From positions 512,001 through 576,000 of the forward strand of contig CBDCXV010000009.1 of assembly GCA_965223905.1 (NCBI GenBank): DNA of 64,000 nt. The letters run 5' to 3'. A program made the position numbers and the translations under genes. Source of the stretch: Candidatus Latescibacterota bacterium. Lineage in GTDB: Bacteria; Latescibacterota; UBA2968; UBA8231. Shown piece by piece: positions 62,374 through 64,000 of this stretch; position 1 is the stretch's first letter; every line of letters begins with the position of its first letter. The notes under the pieces were generated by a model that saw only the letters and a list, made by a program, of their open reading frames with translations, did not search any database and was not told the origin of the DNA.

Positions 62374-63348
62374 GTGGCGAAACCAGCAATTTATATCGAC
62401 GGACAGGAAGGCTCTACCGGTCTGCGCATCCGCGAGCTGCTCGGGAGGCGCGACGACATCGATCTGCGGTTGATTCCCGAGTCGGAACGAAAGGAGACCG
62501 ATATCCGTTCCAGTTTCCTCCGCGCTGCAGATTTGGCCATCCTCTGCCTTCCCGACGAGGCGGCTTCCGAGGCAATCGACCTGGTCTCAGGCGCCGACAC
62601 GCGCATCATCGACACCAGTACTGCTCGGAGAACGCACTGCGACTGGGTGTATGGGTTGCCCGAGATGGAACAGGCTCAGCGTGAGGCGATTCACACCGCC
62701 GATAGGGTCGCTAACCCCGGATGCTATCCCGTGGGGTTCATTCTCGCAGTGCGTCCGCTCATCAAAGCGGGTATTCTCCCTGCCGGGGTTCCGCTGACCG
62801 TCAACGCGGTGTCCGGCTACTCGGGGGGCGGACGACGGATGATCGAAGCCTACCAGGGTGCCCCTGCTTCACAAACGGCAGCTGGTGATGCCCCGTTGCC
62901 GTTGGCCTTGTACAATCTCGACGGCCCCCACAAACATGTCGCGGAAATGCAGGAATTCAGTCTCACCATGCATCCCCCAATTTTCGTCCCTTCCGTCGAC
63001 CACACCTATTCCGGGATGCTGGTCTGCACGCCGATTCCCGCGCCCAACCTCGCCGCGGATGTCTCGGCGGAGTCGATTTGCTCAGTATGGAACGAACGCT
63101 ACGCCTGCGAGCCGTTCGTGCGCGTTATTTCGCCACGCGAGGCCTCTGCGGCGTTGAGAGACGGGCGTTTCCTCGATCTGGGCGAAACCAACCGTACCAA
63201 CCGCGTCGATCTGTTCGCGTTCGGCGACGACCGAGGGGTCGTGCTGATCGGACGCCAAGACAACCTCGGCAAAGGGGCTTCAGGCAATGCCGTTCAGTGT
63301 ATGAATCTGATGTTGGGATTCGAAGAATCGAAAGGTCTGACCTCATAG
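62374..63348 (+). CDS. argC: N-acetyl-gamma-glutamyl-phosphate reductase (type 2)
   Basis: IDGQEGSTGL, ANPGCY, SGYSGGG, DNLGKGASG. Confidence 0.92.
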   Translation: MAKPAIYIDGQEGSTGLRIRELLGRRDDIDLRLIPESERKETDIRSSFLRAADLAILCLPDEAASEAIDLVSGADTRIIDTSTARRTHCDWVYGLPEMEQAQREAIHTADRVANPGCYPVGFILAVRPLIKAGILPAGVPLTVNAVSGYSGGGRRMIEAYQGAPASQTAAGDAPLPLALYNLDGPHKHVAEMQEFSLTMHPPIFVPSVDHTYSGMLVCTPIPAPNLAADVSAESICSVWNERYACEPFVRVISPREASAALRDGRFLDLGETNRTNRVDLFAFGDDRGVVLIGRQDNLGKGASGNAVQCMNLMLGFEESKGLTS

Positions 63349-64000
63349 GACAGGTGCACAGTCGCTGATGGCGGCAAGCATCTCGCCGCGATCGACGAAT
63401 TTCTCGCGCGGCTTGTGGACTTTCCTCCCCCTGGCTATTTCTGCGGCGTCGATTTTCTTCCAGCCCTCGTAGTCTACGACCTGCACCCCGCGGGCTTGGA
63501 GCAACTGCAACAGGGTGCAGTTGTCCGCTATTTCGCACAGGGGCAGCCTCGGGAGGTCCGCAAGTAAATTCCGCACTGTTTCCTGGCTGTCGGGTTTATT
63601 GGTGCCGATGACGCCGGTTGGCCCCCGTTTGATCCAGCCTACAGCGTAGAGTCCGGCAATAGTCTCATCCCCGTCCCGGATGCGGCCGCCGTCGTTGGGG
63701 ATTGTGCCATTCTCGGCGTCAAACGGCACACCCGAAATCGGAACTCCACGGTAGCCGACGCTGCGGAACAAGGCCCCACAGGCGAGTTCCTCGGTCTTAC
63801 CAGTGCCACGTGGTTTCTGGTTTCCCGCCTCTCCGATGAGCTCGTTGCGCTCGAGAATTACGCTTTCCACTTTGCCGTTGCCGCACAGACGCTTGGGACT
63901 CTTCAGAAAATGGATCGCGAAGCGCCGCGCCTTGTGTGACGGCCCCACCCGGGAAAGGAGCTCGAGAGCTTCCAGATTCCGTCGGCGCTGGCTGTCGCTC
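63343..64000 (-). CDS. Ferredoxin/adrenodoxin--NADP reductase (FprA-like), C-terminal part
   Basis: FRSVGY, GWIKRGPTGVIGTNK, WKKIDAAE..G..PREK. Confidence 0.85.
   Translation of the reverse strand, partial: SDSQRRRNLEALELLSRVGPSHKARRFAIHFLKSPKRLCGNGKVESVILERNELIGEAGNQKPRGTGKTEELACGALFRSVGYRGVPISGVPFDAENGTIPNDGGRIRDGDETIAGLYAVGWIKRGPTGVIGTNKPDSQETVRNLLADLPRLPLCEIADNCTLLQLLQARGVQVVDYEGWKKIDAAEIARGRKVHKPREKFVDRGEMLAAISDCAPVL

Overview
High-GC bacterial chromosome segment in two halves. About 1-33.6 kb is a defence/accessory island. It opens with a DUF1156 methylase...Swt1-HEPN/DUF499 ATPase (restriction-like) system whose interior holds other defence cassettes (split SIR2/Dsr1-like pair, two AlbA_2-HATPase genes, ParA pseudogene, AAA ATPase+DUF3226, DUF488, MNT-HEPN). 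Next come an unusual ABC-ATPase + HEAT-histidine kinase + receiver-kinase operon and an HNH nuclease. The island ends in a tandem array of three gltX leader+5' copies (two truncated at different points, one complete) separated by foreign cargo: GH2, an ISL3-disrupted type ISP RM relic, a three-gene putative toxin operon, and an AAA ATPase + unknown partner. No integrase is visible. About 34-64 kb is mostly housekeeping (gltX, glnS, dapL, nadA, xylA, murB, glcF, ABC exporters, cysH, murD, argC) with a small ATPase+PIN insertion. Best candidates for undescribed biology are the ATPase-HK-REC/kinase operon (15507-19697) and the integrase-free cassette accretion at gltX (21581-35481). All family calls come from motif recognition by eye, not database searches.
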